Origin: Chrysomallon squamiferum
Lineage: Eukaryota; Animalia; Mollusca
Assembly (NCBI GenBank): GCA_012295275.1
Contig: CM022666.1
Coordinates: forward strand, 6,820,001-6,884,000
DNA: 64,000 nt
Reading direction: 5' to 3'
Shown here: in pieces, positions 18,280 through 31,335 of the stretch
How the letters are laid out: every line of letters starts with the position of its first letter
How positions within the stretch are numbered: position 1 is the stretch's first letter
Translations under genes and position numbers: made by a program
The notes under the pieces: model-generated
What the model saw: only the letters and a program-made list of their open reading frames with translations
What the model was told of the DNA's origin: nothing
Database searches by the model: none

Positions 18280-18930
18280 ATAACCACCTGTATTACCAAT
18301 ACAACCTATCTGTATAATCACTGTGCTACCAATACAACCTATCTTTATAACTCTCTGTACCACCAATACAACCTATCTTTATAACTCTCTGTACCACCAA
18401 TACAACCTATCTTTATAACTAACTGTACCACCAATACAACCTATCTTTATAACTCTCTGTACCACCAATACAACCTATCTTTATAACTCTCTGTACCACC
18501 AATACAACCTATCTTTATAACTCTCTGTACCACCAATACAACCTATCTTTATAACTCTCTGTACCACCAATACAACCTATCTTTATAACTAACTGTACCA
18601 CCAATACAACCTATCTTTATAACTCTCTGTACCACCAATACAACCTATCTTTATAACTAACTGTACCACCAATACAACCTATCTTTATAACTATCTGTAC
18701 CACCAATACAACCTATCTTTACAACTATCTGTACCACCAATACAACCTATCTTTATAACTATCTGTACCACCAATACAACCTATCTATACCACCAATACA
18801 ACCTATCTTTATAACTATCTGTACCACCAATACAACCTATCTTTACAACTATCTGTACCACCAATACAACCTATCTTTATAATCACCTGCTCAACCAATA
18901 CAAATGTCTTCATAATCACCTGCTTTTATC
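18280..18930. repeat. 34-bp minisatellite, about 18 copies (CACCAATACAACCTATCTTTATAACTCTCTGTAC)
   Basis: Near-identical head-to-tail units with variants CTCT/AACT/ATCT, one deleted unit near 18785, and degenerate edges. Confidence 0.96.
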
Positions 18931-19559
18931 AGTGCAGCCTATCTTAATAATCACCAGTTTCTTTCAGAACTATCTTCTTATCACTACTGTATCGACAAGC
19001 GATCCCTCATTCAACTCATATCCGAATCCTCGCTTGTGCATTTTAATTCTGTTATTGCATATCTGTAATACAGTCTTCTCTGTACTGTAATACTACAGTC
19101 TATGAGAATAAAGTCATTGTCACTGTCAATGAAGCTAGCACTTTTTAACTGTTCATTAATATGCTAATTATAAAAGATTAAAAATAAATAAGTGTCCGAC
19201 CTACCTCAATATCTTGTAACATGGATTCCGTTATTACTCCATTTGTTTTCAACAACAACGCTAACTTTTCCGTCCATATTATATTTTTCACGAGAAAATT
19301 TCGATGCGTCGAAAGGATTTCTTTCTGTTTGCTGTTCATTTTTTTTTCTCTCTGTCTCTCGCTCTCTTTCTCTCTCTCTCAGAAATTACACTGAAGTTCA
19401 AAATGCACTCTAAACTGGTTTCCCGTTTTATTCTAAAGAATGTTGACTTAAACTCGAATATCCATTCCCAACTGAATTGCCATGGTGTTAAATACAACAA
19501 TTATTTTTTTTACCTATATTCCGCTTCAGTAACAAAGGTAGATAATCAGTTCCAAACTG

Positions 19560-19805
19560 TATACTCTTTTCGTTGGATATTAAATTTAAATTGTATTCCT
19601 TATTGTCGAATGTTAATCGTATTCCTTTTTTTTTTTTTTTTTTTTTTTGTTAAAGTTGAATATTAATTTAAAACTACATTCCCATTTCGTTAAAGTCGAA
19701 TATTAAATTTAAACTACATTCCCATTTCGTTAAATAGAATATTAAATTTAAAATTCATACCTATTTTATTATCGACGAAAATTAAATCGCAACTTCATTC
19801 CCGTT
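19560..19805. repeat. Degenerate ~40-bp tandem repeat
   Basis: cgttaaagtcgaatattaaatttaaactacattcccattt and variants, 4-6 copies. Confidence 0.65.
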
Positions 19806-21088
19806 CAGAGGAATTAAAACTGTGATTCAAGAACGGTCGATTGTAAAAGCTCCGTCAGCGTAACAAAAGAGCTGCGACCAGTCAAGCCGGCAGACGCCAT
19901 TTAAATGCCGATCGAAGTCTTTTCTTATGAATCAAAAATATAAAACATGTGATCGTAGTTGCGCGACCGCGTCATCTATCTTTTTAAACAATAGAATAAA
20001 TTCTATATCCGTATCAAAAGAAAAGTATCGCGGTTCAGTCTTCACAACAACAACAAAAAAAGACAGGTTATTTATATATATATATTTTTTTTTTTTTAAA
20101 TAAATTTATAGTCACTATTCATAAAAACGTGTGAAAACGTCTTGTTGGACTACACAAGGATTAAAAAAAAAAAAATAAATAAATAAATAAAATAAAATAA
20201 TAATTTAAAGAATGACAGAAAGAAAACTAAAATAGAAATGAAATAAGTGCAACAACACTTAAATAAAAATTTTTTAAAAATCGACAAGTTTGAAATCACT
20301 ACATAAATAGACGAAAGCTAAGTTTTTTATTTAAAAAAAAATAATAATAATAACAAACAACAAATTAAAATTAAAGAACAAATAAAATAATAATAAAAAA
20401 AAAAAATCCCAAGAAAAAAACCCCAACACATTCCATCCAAAATTATTAGTCTTTATTGAACAAGAGTTACGATAACTTCAAAAATATTTATGAGATAGTT
20501 GCCCTGTTGTAAAGATATATCCTACATTATCGTTATCTATGGTATCGATGTCGTAGTTCTTAAACAACGCAGCAATCATTTCTAACTTAGTTCACGACAA
20601 TCGCAGTCAAGCGTGACGTATTTTTCGATCTGAGTGACCAAGCACACGCATTAGGCTACACACATACATTACAAATTCAGTTTGTTGAATTACAAGACAC
20701 ATTAATCCATGCATACATTAATTCAGTTATTTATTACAAATACTGTGTAAAAAAGTACTATGTCGAGATTTGACCTAGTTAAAAATATCAGTTGTAGAAA
20801 TCTTAAACAAGATTGGTTGATTGCCAGCAGTTATGGCGTTATCGTCGCAATCCTTTTATCGTTATTTTCGAAACGCTGGGGTTTTGTAACAAACAAGACA
20901 TTAAGGAAATACAATTACCTCATTGTTAAGAGAATATTAAAATGTACCCGTGTCTCTTTTAACAAACAGACTGAGTTTATACCGGATATTTCCAAAGATG
21001 TTTATAATAGATACCAATTACTGCTAAATCATAAAGTGAGATAAAAAAAAAAGATAACATAGCAAATCTTTCGGGTCTTTCATGGATG

Positions 21089-21132
<44 letters not shown>

Positions 21133-21666
21133 TTTTTTTTTTTTAATTACCTGTCACAATTTTTTTTATCATGAAAATATAAAAATTTGTATTGTTGTTT
21201 ATTCTTAGCAGATTAACAGTGAATTTCTTTTTATTTATATATTTCCCACGGATAGTAAACATAAAATGTAAAATGGAAATTAAATTTTTGCTAACTAGAG
21301 GTTGGACTCTAACTTAAAGGGGTAATAATTCCATCATCTGAGAAATAATTATGATTTATTATAACTATCAAATATAATTTTTTAATCAGTCACATACATA
21401 TATTCATCTGTCTACATCTGGCCATCTATTTTTCTGTCTGTCTGTGTAGCTAGCTATCTGTGTATCTCTTTATGAAGAGTTCAACGTGAAAGAGCTTACA
21501 TGATTTTCTTATATATATTTGTTTTCAGCAACGACAACAACTTTTTATAGATCTGTATTCGTTTTTGATCCTGCAGTCATTGTACGTAATGGGAAGATCA
21601 TTTTTACACTTTCGGGTACTAAAAAAATATAGTTTTTAATAACGGAGCTACACACACATGTTATAG

Positions 21667-21762
<96 letters not shown>

Positions 21763-21980
21763 GTACGTTACTTTCTTCAGTGTTCATTTGCTGGTTTAGG
21801 TCATTTTAAAATCAGTTTTCATTAAAATAATAATAATAATAATTAATTAATAATAAAAACGACAACACAATCAGCACACATGAATCCACTACTGTCGACT
21901 GGTGAGTTGAGAAATAAAACAGTTAATGTATTTAATTCTTATATTTACGACTGTAGGTTAAAATAAATAAATGGTTACCG

Positions 21981-22091
21981 TCTTAACATATCAGCTTTAC
22001 CCTTCTAAAGTCGAACGTCGAATGCAACTCGGTATAGCCTCGCTGAAGCAGGACATTCTCACCTTCGCAGAATAAAGCTGGCATGTTAAGA
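21981..22091. repeat. Imperfect inverted repeat, about 110 bp (possible decayed MITE)
   Basis: tcttaacatatcagcttta pairs with taaagctggcatgttaaga (17 of 19). Confidence 0.55.
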
Positions 22092-24268
22092 AAAATACCA
22101 AACAGACGTCTCAACCAATGATTGATTTTTTGTTTCATATTTATTATTTATTATTACGTGTCACAATGTTTTGTCACGAAGATTTCAGAATTGGTATTGT
22201 TATTTTTATTCTTGCAGATTAGCAAATTATTTGTCTGTTACCCAGGGACAGAAATTATAAAATGTAGCAGGGAAAGTTATTTCCTATTTATAAGTTTGAT
22301 ATTTTAAATGTCACTGCATTAAACAAAAAGTAAAATTTTTTATTGTGAACTCAGATTGCTAAGAATATATATTTTTTATTCTTTTGTTACTTTACGTCGA
22401 AATAAACGATTACAAACGTCACAATATATAATCTACGTCAAAGTATGAAGTTACAAACAAAAAAAGAGAAATAAAGAAAGACATTCAAAGAAAAGAAAAG
22501 AATAAGAAAAAAGAGCGAAAAATAAAGGTTTATTCAGCAAAATTTAAATGAATACGATTTTTTGCTCTTTTTCTTTCTTTTTTTTTTTATCTCTTTATCT
22601 ATGTATTATCTATCTATAAAGGCTGAATAAATGAATTTGACAATTTTGTTTGTTTAATTTTTTCCTTCTTTCTTTTTCTAGTTACTTTTTTTTCTATTTT
22701 CATTCGTTTTTCTAAATTCATATCTTTTAACAGTGACAGCTTTACTGACAAAGAGTCACTTCCAGATTCTTTCAACTTTTCGATCTCTAAAAATTTTATT
22801 TATTTATTTCTTCTCTGCTAACCTTTATTTTATTTATATTATTATTATTTTCTCACAGAATTTTTTTTTCATTCTTTTTTTTCATGTTTTTTTTTTTATT
22901 TTTTTTGCTATTTCTTTTTCTTTTTATTATTATTATTTTTTTTATCTTTCTTGTCCTTCATTAGTTTTCTTTACTTCCTTTTTCTTCTTTTCAATTTTCT
23001 TTTATTTATTCTTTTCTTTTCTTTAAATTCTTCTTTACATCTTTACTCCATTCAAATAATATTTTTAAAAAACAAACAAATCGTCATTCTGTAATTATAG
23101 ATATCAAAATTACCTCCTAGTTAACAACAGTAAGAATAACAATTAAAACAGCAATTGTTTATTTTACTCTGGGCCAATCTTCAACTAGATTTAAAAATTT
23201 TCAAAAATAAAAAGCTGTGTCACAACACCTGAAATCTCTGATTTTAAAGTGAAAATTAAACATTTGTAAGCGTCTGGTGAATAACTGAACCACAAGAGAA
23301 AAACAAAAATTAAAATATTCGATTTATTTTCGTTTTGGTATTTTTAACAGTAATAATCATTTTAATAATAATCATAATGATGATGATGATAATAATAATA
23401 ATGATAATAGTAATAATGATTATCATGATAATGATGATGATGATAACAACAATAATAAAAACCATAACAACAGTAATTAAAAGAACAACAAAACTAATAC
23501 AACTGCCCCTGTCACTACTATGAATAATAATAATTGTAATTGGAACAACTGTGATAATAATTATAGATAACAACATTAATAATTTTTCATTTTTATTTAC
23601 CACTGATATTTTAAGATGTGAACAAAAATTAAACAAAACAATATTGATATTTCTAGCAACCCACATTAGAAAGAAGACCTCTGAAATACAATCTAGCATT
23701 TTTAACAATATTGTGAAATGTAAATATTTATTTTATTCATGTATTTATTGTCGTCGTCAATATTTTTGTTGCTGTTAACATTATAATTGTTGCTGTTTTA
23801 ATTTATTCATTATTGTAAAATATGGAATGTCATTTAGAAACAATGAATGGAAGATATTAACTGAAATTATTCATTGTTTAAGAAAATAAATATAAAAATT
23901 TATTTTCTAAAAAAACATATGTATTTTTCAAAGGTTGTGTCAAATAATGTTTAAAATGTAATATAATATTTAAAATTATTTTCTCTGAATACTATGAAAG
24001 TATTAAAAGTTTCTGAAAACAATTTTAGATTGAATTTTTTTATAGCAAGATTTCACATTCAAAAATATGGTTTTAGTATATAAAGAAATCTATTCTGAAT
24101 ACAAAGAAGTTAATGTGTTTCTTTTTTAGCCATCTAATTTATATAAATAGGTAAAATTTACAAAGGAAGTTTTAATGAAATTTTCAAAGTTTCTTATAAA
24201 TTTTGGTATCAAATTTATTACATTTATTTGCAAATTAAAGTTTTTAACAAAACTGCTATAATTTAAAT

Positions 24269-24309
<41 letters not shown>

Positions 24310-25589
24310 ACTCATAATTGCTAATATTGCTATTTAATTTTTTTCTGCTTCTGTTTAATGTGAAATATTATTTTAATATCACATGAAAATATTTATTTGA
24401 ATAATCTTCTAAAAATACAAATTTAAAAATTCTGATAAAAAATATTTTTATAAAAATTAAAGAAACAAAAATATTCATGCATGGTTTCTAATAAATTGTA
24501 ATAATAACAGAAATCATTATGTATCAATTATAATAATAGAAAATATGTAATTTTATATATATATATTACATATTTTTTATTATTTATATTCATCTATTTT
24601 TATATGTATGTGTGTTTCCCCAAAAACCCATAATATATAAACATCACTTTCAAAACATGTTTTAATAATAAACATTTCTAAATATTTATATGTATTGCAA
24701 TAAAATATAATTATTAAAAACAAATAAATAAATAAAAAAACCACCCAATACATACATGTGCTTTTGACAGTTTTTAATAATAATAATTTTAATATATTCA
24801 TATGCATGTTTATCAAAATAAAAATAAAAAATTATCAAAGAAGAAATCATTTGATACAAAAATGTTTTAGATCTTTTTTATAATAATAATTTTAAAATAT
24901 TTACATCCATGTGATTTAAATAATAAAATAAAGGTGTACAAATATATTTTGGATAAGTAAATATACAAGAATGTCACATTTCTTTATAAACGTGTTTTTT
25001 AAGCACAAATATATTTCTTAAAAATAATATATCTAACTCAAAGAGTTTGTTCTGGACAATTTTATAAAAATAACTTAAACGCACTGAATATCCAGTAAAA
25101 AGTAAATTTAAAAAAAAATATTCTGAAATGTAGAATGATATGAACATGTATTCATACATAGGGACATAAACACACACACACACACACAAATTCACACATA
25201 CACAGAAAGACACATTGACTCAAAACAGACGCACAGATGTGACAGAGCTAAGTAAATTGGTACAAACCCAGTAAAATATATACCTATAAAAATTTCACCA
25301 TTTGTTTCTTGTTGAAGACTTTGTTTGAAATATATATATTTCTTTTCTTGAACAAATGTTTTTTTGAAAATTACAGTACAAAAAGAAAAATTAACAAATA
25401 AAACATGAAATGAATTTAAAACAATAATTGCCATAAAAAAAAATTTAAAAAAATAAATTAATAATAATATAAATTAAACATATTAATCAAAATAAACAAA
25501 ATCAAATTTTTACAAAAATAAAAAAAACATTTAAAAAAATAAATAAATAAATAACTTTTTAAACATATTTTTCAAAAAAAAAAAAACAT

Positions 25590-25988
25590 TTAAAAAAAAA
25601 AAATTTTTATACTTTTTTTCACTTTTTCTTTGAAAAAATCAATTTTATTGTCATCCCCTTCGTAATTCGTCCTTAAATGTTTCAAAGCATCAAGAAGCTT
25701 TTCCTTGACCTTCCATCGACCTTGAGGTACAGACGGTCGGACACATTCACTGAGTAAATGCGGCAGATCCCAGTTGTCTGCTGCTTCTTGTGGCATATCA
25801 TGAAGAAGACCCCCCGGTTGACCTGGATAATTTGCATAATGGGTGAAAAGGTTGCGACAGGCGGCATAATAGTTGTGGTCAGCGTTGATGCGTGCAGAGG
25901 TTGTCAGTGTCGATGCTCAGACAACATTCAGTTTTGCAGTCGTTGTCATCAGAATGTTCTAGAAGTTCATCCCAGTCTTTGGGTTTTG
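25590..25988 (-). CDS. DIPK2A: DIPK2A last coding exon (frameshift near 25890)
   Basis: Acceptor ttttccag|. Reads KPKDWDELLEHSDDNDCKTECCLSIDTDNLC, then in another frame RINADHNYYAACRNLFTHYANYPGQPGGLLHDMPQEAADNWDL... to the stop at 25590. The exact 3' end lies in homopolymer-rich sequence and is uncertain. Confidence 0.82.
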
Positions 25989-28900
25989 CTGGAAAATATT
26001 TTGTTAAATGGTTGTTAAGCTGTTATTAAATAAAAACATATATATATATATATAAGTAACAATAATAATGAATTTTTAAATCTAAAAATTATAATTTCTT
26101 TTTAAAAAATAATCCAAACCTATTTTTGAAAAATTATTAGCTTGTATATGCAAATTTATCCTAAATTAACAAAGAATAATAATAATTTTTTTTTTATTTT
26201 TTTTTTTAAATTACTCACTTGCTTCTATTGCTAACTTATCTACAACGATGATGTTTTCAAGGTCGATGACAGTGACACGCCCAGACGCATCAACTACCAA
26301 GTTGTTGAAGCAAACATCAGTCCAGTAGAAGGCAAATTTTTCTGCGTTGTTTGTTAATTGTTCTGCAATCTTAAGAATCTGATAGGCAAGATCAGCCTGA
26401 AAATAATTTTAAATTTTTTTACTAAAAGTATAAAAAAAAAAAAAATAAAAAAAATAAAAGTAAAAAAAAAATCCCATAACATTAATGAATTCATTAAAGA
26501 ATATATGTTTAATAATATCCTTTAAAGATAATTGTGAATAAATTATTAAAAGCATATAAAAAAAAAAAAGAAAAAATTATGAAAGTATGAATTATTTAAA
26601 GCAAATTGTGAATAAATTATTAAAAGCATAATAAAGAACAAGAAACCCCCCCACCAAAAAAAATACTCCAACAACCCAACAGTTTATGAAATTATGATTA
26701 AAATAAATGTTTAATAACATCCCTTAAAGATAAGTGTAAATAAATATTAAAATCATGGAAAAAGAAACATAAAATGATAAAATGGTTGCAGTTGTGAAGA
26801 ATATATAGACCCAGAAGACAAATGTAAATAAATGTAAAAAAATATTTAAAATGAAAATCCAAACAAACAATACTAATGAATTATAGATTGTTTCTAAATT
26901 ATTATTTTTAAATAGAATAACGTGTCGAATTACAAATGAGTGACTTTCTAAAAATCACATCTAAGAGAACATTGTAAAAATAACAAATTAAAAAACACAA
27001 ACATAAAACTAATAAACCTGTAAAGAAAATTGTAAATTTAAAAGAAAAGAAAAAACCCATAAAAAGTGTGAAAGTGTCTGTGACAAAAAAATAAAATAGA
27101 AATATATTATTTTTTTACAATACACATAAATAAAACCAATGAAAATGTTAATGAATGTCTAATGACAAACCCTTGAATAATGTTACAAATATTTCTAAAA
27201 AAAAACCACATAGGAAAAAAAATTGACATTTAGCATTTAAAGACAACCACAACAATTTTAATAAACTGTCTATAAACTAAAAATACCCAGCTAAAAAATA
27301 AGTAAAAATAAAAAATAACAAATATGGTATCAACACTAATCTAAGAAGTAACTTTCATCCACATTGATTCAAAACTCTAATCAAAATGTCATGGTTATTT
27401 TTTAAAACAATTATGGTGATCTGTCATGGAAAAATCCCAGTGAAGAAAATAACAGGTTACTAAAACCTTGCTGCTGTTTCCAAAGGGCCTCTGCAACAGA
27501 TCAAACTCCAGGAATTCTCAAAGTGTAGGTCCACTACCAGTCTTAGGTTTGTAAGAAATAAGACATTCTAGATCAACAATGAAGTCAAATCCTACACTCT
27601 TTCATCCCTTAGAACTTCATTCCAACAAGAACTACAACCAGCTACTTCAGACTGTCTCTATGTGTGTCAGCATGTGCGTGCTTGTGTGTGTGCGTGCGTC
27701 TGTGTATGTGTGTATGTGAGTTTTATATGTGGATGTGTATATGTATCTGTTTTTATATTTATGGTATGTGTTGTTGTGTTCTATATAATAAAAATTAAAG
27801 TATTTTATTGTTGTTGTTGTTAAGCATGTGAAACTTAATTCTGAATTAGCCTGTGTATAGATATTTAATGATGTGTAGAGAAAATTAAACTATTCTCGTG
27901 TTACTTTTCTTATTTTATGCTTAATATAATCATAAATTGTTTTGAAGGCGCTCCTTTGTCTGAACTGTTATAACAATTTTATATAAACCATTAAATCGCA
28001 ATTATATAGTTATATAAACTGAGATCAACTTATATAGTTTTATAAACTGAGATCATCTTAAACTTTATTTTTTTTTTTTCCTTTGGGGTTTTGACAGAAA
28101 ACGTTTTTAAATTAATTTAATATATTCTACACATAAAGGATATGTCCTTAACAATATTTTCTTTGAGTATCTTTTTTCAGTTATAATCTGGAATTACCAA
28201 CATATACAGAAATAAAATCTTTATTGAAATTTATCTCTTTTTTTCCTTTTTATAATCTTTTCAGACAATGTTTTATAATAAATGAAGCTAAATGTAAGCT
28301 TGTTGAAATCAGAAAAAATATTTCTAGTACACTACACATAAACAAAAATACATACCAAAACATTCAATACACAGACACAAACACAGCCATACATACACAC
28401 AAGATACACAAACATACATATTCATATACAGACTCACATACACACCCACACACATATATATATGCACACAGATACATGCATACACATAATCATGCATCCA
28501 TGAATTCATTCATACACACTTAAACATATACAAACTCACAGAAAGGCAAACATAACATACATATGTACATACATACATACATATATTTTTTGCTTTGTTT
28601 TATATATACTTATTTTAATTTTTGTACATCAGAAACTGATAGGATTTTTCTAAAAATTAAATAAATAAATAAATAAAAATTCAAAAAAAAAGAAAAGAAC
28701 ATCTGTTAAAAAATATGTTAATGTTACTGAAATCTAAAATGACTAATTATCTGGTAGTTAACTTGTACAAAAAGAGACTGATGAACTGAATGAACAAATA
28801 TTAAAGAACAGCACATAAACATATCAAACAAGCAAATATGTTAATCTATTAAATAAAACACCCATATAATATTTTAAATCAAATAACAATGGTTAGTGAT

Positions 28901-29255
28901 GAATAAGGAAGAAGAAATGTAAAGATAAATAAATCTAATGTTGTGAAATAAAATAATAAAATAACAAAAACCCGTTTCTCAAATGGTGCGTTGTAAAATT
29001 CTGAAAGTGGTTCTCCAGTATTCTCCACCATTACGTATCGTCCACAAGCTCCATAGTACTCAGGAAATGGCCACCCTTCTTTGGCAGGGAATGTCTGAAG
29101 TAAAAAAGATAGAACTATGATTAAAAGACTGAAAGAAAGAGAGAGACAGACAGAGTGATAGAGAGAGATAGAATGAGAGAGAGAGAGATTCTGAAGTAAA
29201 AAAAGAAGATAAATAGATTGAACTATGATTAAAAGACTGAGAGAGTGAGCGAAAC

Positions 29256-29322
<67 letters not shown>

Positions 29323-30982
29323 TCTGAAGTAAAAAAAAGAAGATAAATAGATAGAACAATGATTAAAAGACTGAGAAAGAGAGACAGAAAGACAGAGAGA
29401 GAGAGAGAGAGAAAAACAGAGAAACAGAGAGAGATATTTAAATTTTAAAACAATATTTCTATTAAAATACAGATCATACTTTTAATTAAAATGCGTGTGT
29501 GTCTGTGTGTTTGTGTGTGTGTGTGTATTTATGTAATTGTTTTATAAATTTTAAAGTGTCAACAGTAATTACACCTACAACACTTTGTATCGAAAGGAAA
29601 GTTTGTGCTATCTGCAGCGATATTGGAACATTTTGTTGTTTAATCATTGATGACATATGTATTTTCTGCACTTATCTTGCTCCAGATAAATTCTGAGTTA
29701 ATATATTAAGAAGCCAGTTTAAAATAAATAAATAAAAAAACCCATTAATAATGAAATAAAATTTAACAAAAAAATAAAATAAATAATAGATAAATAAATA
29801 AATAATACAATAAAATAAAATTAAGTTTAACTCTTTCATGCTTGAGATCTTTTACATTTTAACATTATCTCTTAATAACAGAACTAGGGAGTGAATTTTT
29901 AAATTTTAATTATTATTTCTTATCAATAGGAGTGGAACTCTTAATTGGTTTTATTTTATAAAAATAATAACAATAAATAAGTAAATGAAATGAAATGAAA
30001 TAAATAAAATTAAATTAAAATATAATAAAATAAAATAAAATAAAATTAAATTAAATTAAAATATAATAAAATAAAATAAAATAAAATAAAATTAAAATTA
30101 AATTAAATTAAATTAAATTAAATTAAATTAAATTAAATTAAATTAAATTAAATTAAATTAAAATATAATAAAATAAAACAAACAAGTAAAACAAACAAAC
30201 AAATTTCAAATCATTCACATTTGAAAAATTTCAATTTTCTTTTTTTTAAAATAAATTTCCCTTTAAAAAGCAAACAATCTCACCTGTAACAACAAAGGCT
30301 CCGTATTCACCATGGATATATACAGCAGCTGAATCTTGTCTCTGAAAAATATGTGATCTGGTTTTGCTCTCTCCTTGTAGTAATGCCACACTCTGTCAAG
30401 AAGCCGATACGATGGGCAGGTAAACATGGAAGGGGAGTAACCTTTCAACATGTTAGGTTGCAGAGGACGATGATTCACCGTCTGAGCCATGTTGGTGACG
30501 TAGATGACTCTGGCAACATCGCAGTCCTTTTCCCGGCTCGCGTCTGCGCAGATCTTCTCGTCGATGTTTTTCAGTTCTTTGTCGTGCGCGAGCTTTTTTA
30601 TCACAACGTTTTTGTCTTCGTGGATGCCGTAGTGAACGTTTTTCAGATTGACGAAGTCGAGGAAACGAATCTTCGAAAGCCCTGACAGCTTCACGCGACT
30701 GTAGAAGAAGAAAGTGCAGGCGCTGTTGCCGTAGCAGGCTGGGCACTTGTCCGTTTCCAGGAACGATTCGTCGGAGAGGTCTTTTGGAAAGAGGAACGAG
30801 TGGACGATTGCTCCGTAAAAGACGACGGAGAAGACGAGTGAAAGGACAAGGCAGAATTTGGCGCGGGTTGGCAGACGTCTGTATCGGACAGCAGAGTCGG
30901 ACATGACGGTTTCAATCTGGGTGAGGCCGTGTGATAGCGCAGGTGTTCTGTATCTCTGTCTCACTCCCGGTCCCGGCAACAT
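25590..30982 (-). CDS. DIPK2A: Divergent protein kinase domain 2A (DIA1/C3orf58/GoPro49 family), secretory-pathway kinase-like; exons 30284-30982 (alternative ATG 30904), 28972-29094, 26219-26396, 25590-25988
   Basis: N-terminal signal anchor, then DKCPACYG.S.C, LKNVHYG, VVIKKLAHD.EL..ID..IC, CPS.RLLDR, N.EPLLLQ|TFPAKEGWPFPEYYGACGR...FYNAPFEKR|ADLAYQILKIAEQLT...TDV.FNN...IDLEN, DHNYYAAC.NL, GGLLHD.P. These are hallmark DIA1-family motifs. Splice phases 0,0,1 are consistent. One frameshift lies near 25890. Confidence 0.92.
26219..26396 (-). CDS. DIPK2A: DIPK2A coding exon 3 (catalytic-loop and metal-binding Asp motifs)
   Basis: 178 nt, ADLAYQILKIAEQLTNNAEKFAFYWTDVCFNNLVVDASGRVTVIDLENIIVVDKLAIEA; acceptor ttttcag|, donor A|gtgagt. 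Confidence 0.9.
28972..29094 (-). CDS. DIPK2A: DIPK2A coding exon 2
   Basis: 123 nt, TFPAKEGWPFPEYYGACGRYVMVENTGEPLSEFYNAPFEKR; acceptor tttacttcag|, weak donor CGG|gttttt. Confidence 0.88.
30284..30982 (-). CDS. DIPK2A: DIPK2A first coding exon
   Basis: ORF 30263-30982, truncated at donor CAG|gtgaga (30283). In-frame ATGs at 30982 and 30904. Confidence 0.9.
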
Positions 30983-30994
30983 TGTCTAGTAGTA

Positions 30995-31021
30995 GTAACA
31001 ATAATAACATCAATAATAGCA

Positions 31022-31068
<47 letters not shown>

Positions 31069-31252
31069 GCAATAATAATAATAATAATAATAATAATAGC
31101 AATAATGATAGCAGTACAGTAACAATAATAATAAATAAATAATAATAATAATAACAATAATAATAGCAGTACAGTAACAATAATAATAATAATAATAATG
31201 ATAATAGCAATAATAATAATAACAGTAATAATAATAATAATATAGTAATAAC

Positions 31253-31283
<31 letters not shown>

Positions 31284-31335
31284 GTAACAAAATAAAACAA
31301 TTTCAATTAATAATAGTAATAATAATATAAATAAT
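30995..31335. repeat. (AAT)n microsatellite immediately upstream of the DIPK2A coding exon
   Basis: Direct reading. Confidence 0.93.

Noticed and set aside
18280-18930. CRISPR-like array (34-bp units)
   Set aside because: Units are head-to-tail with no unique spacers, there are no cas genes, and the context is eukaryotic; it is a minisatellite.
27460-27655. Possible LINE reverse-transcriptase C-terminal remnant in a DIPK2A intron (HSFIP...NQL)
   Set aside because: Only a few residues in broken frames; too weak to call without a profile search.
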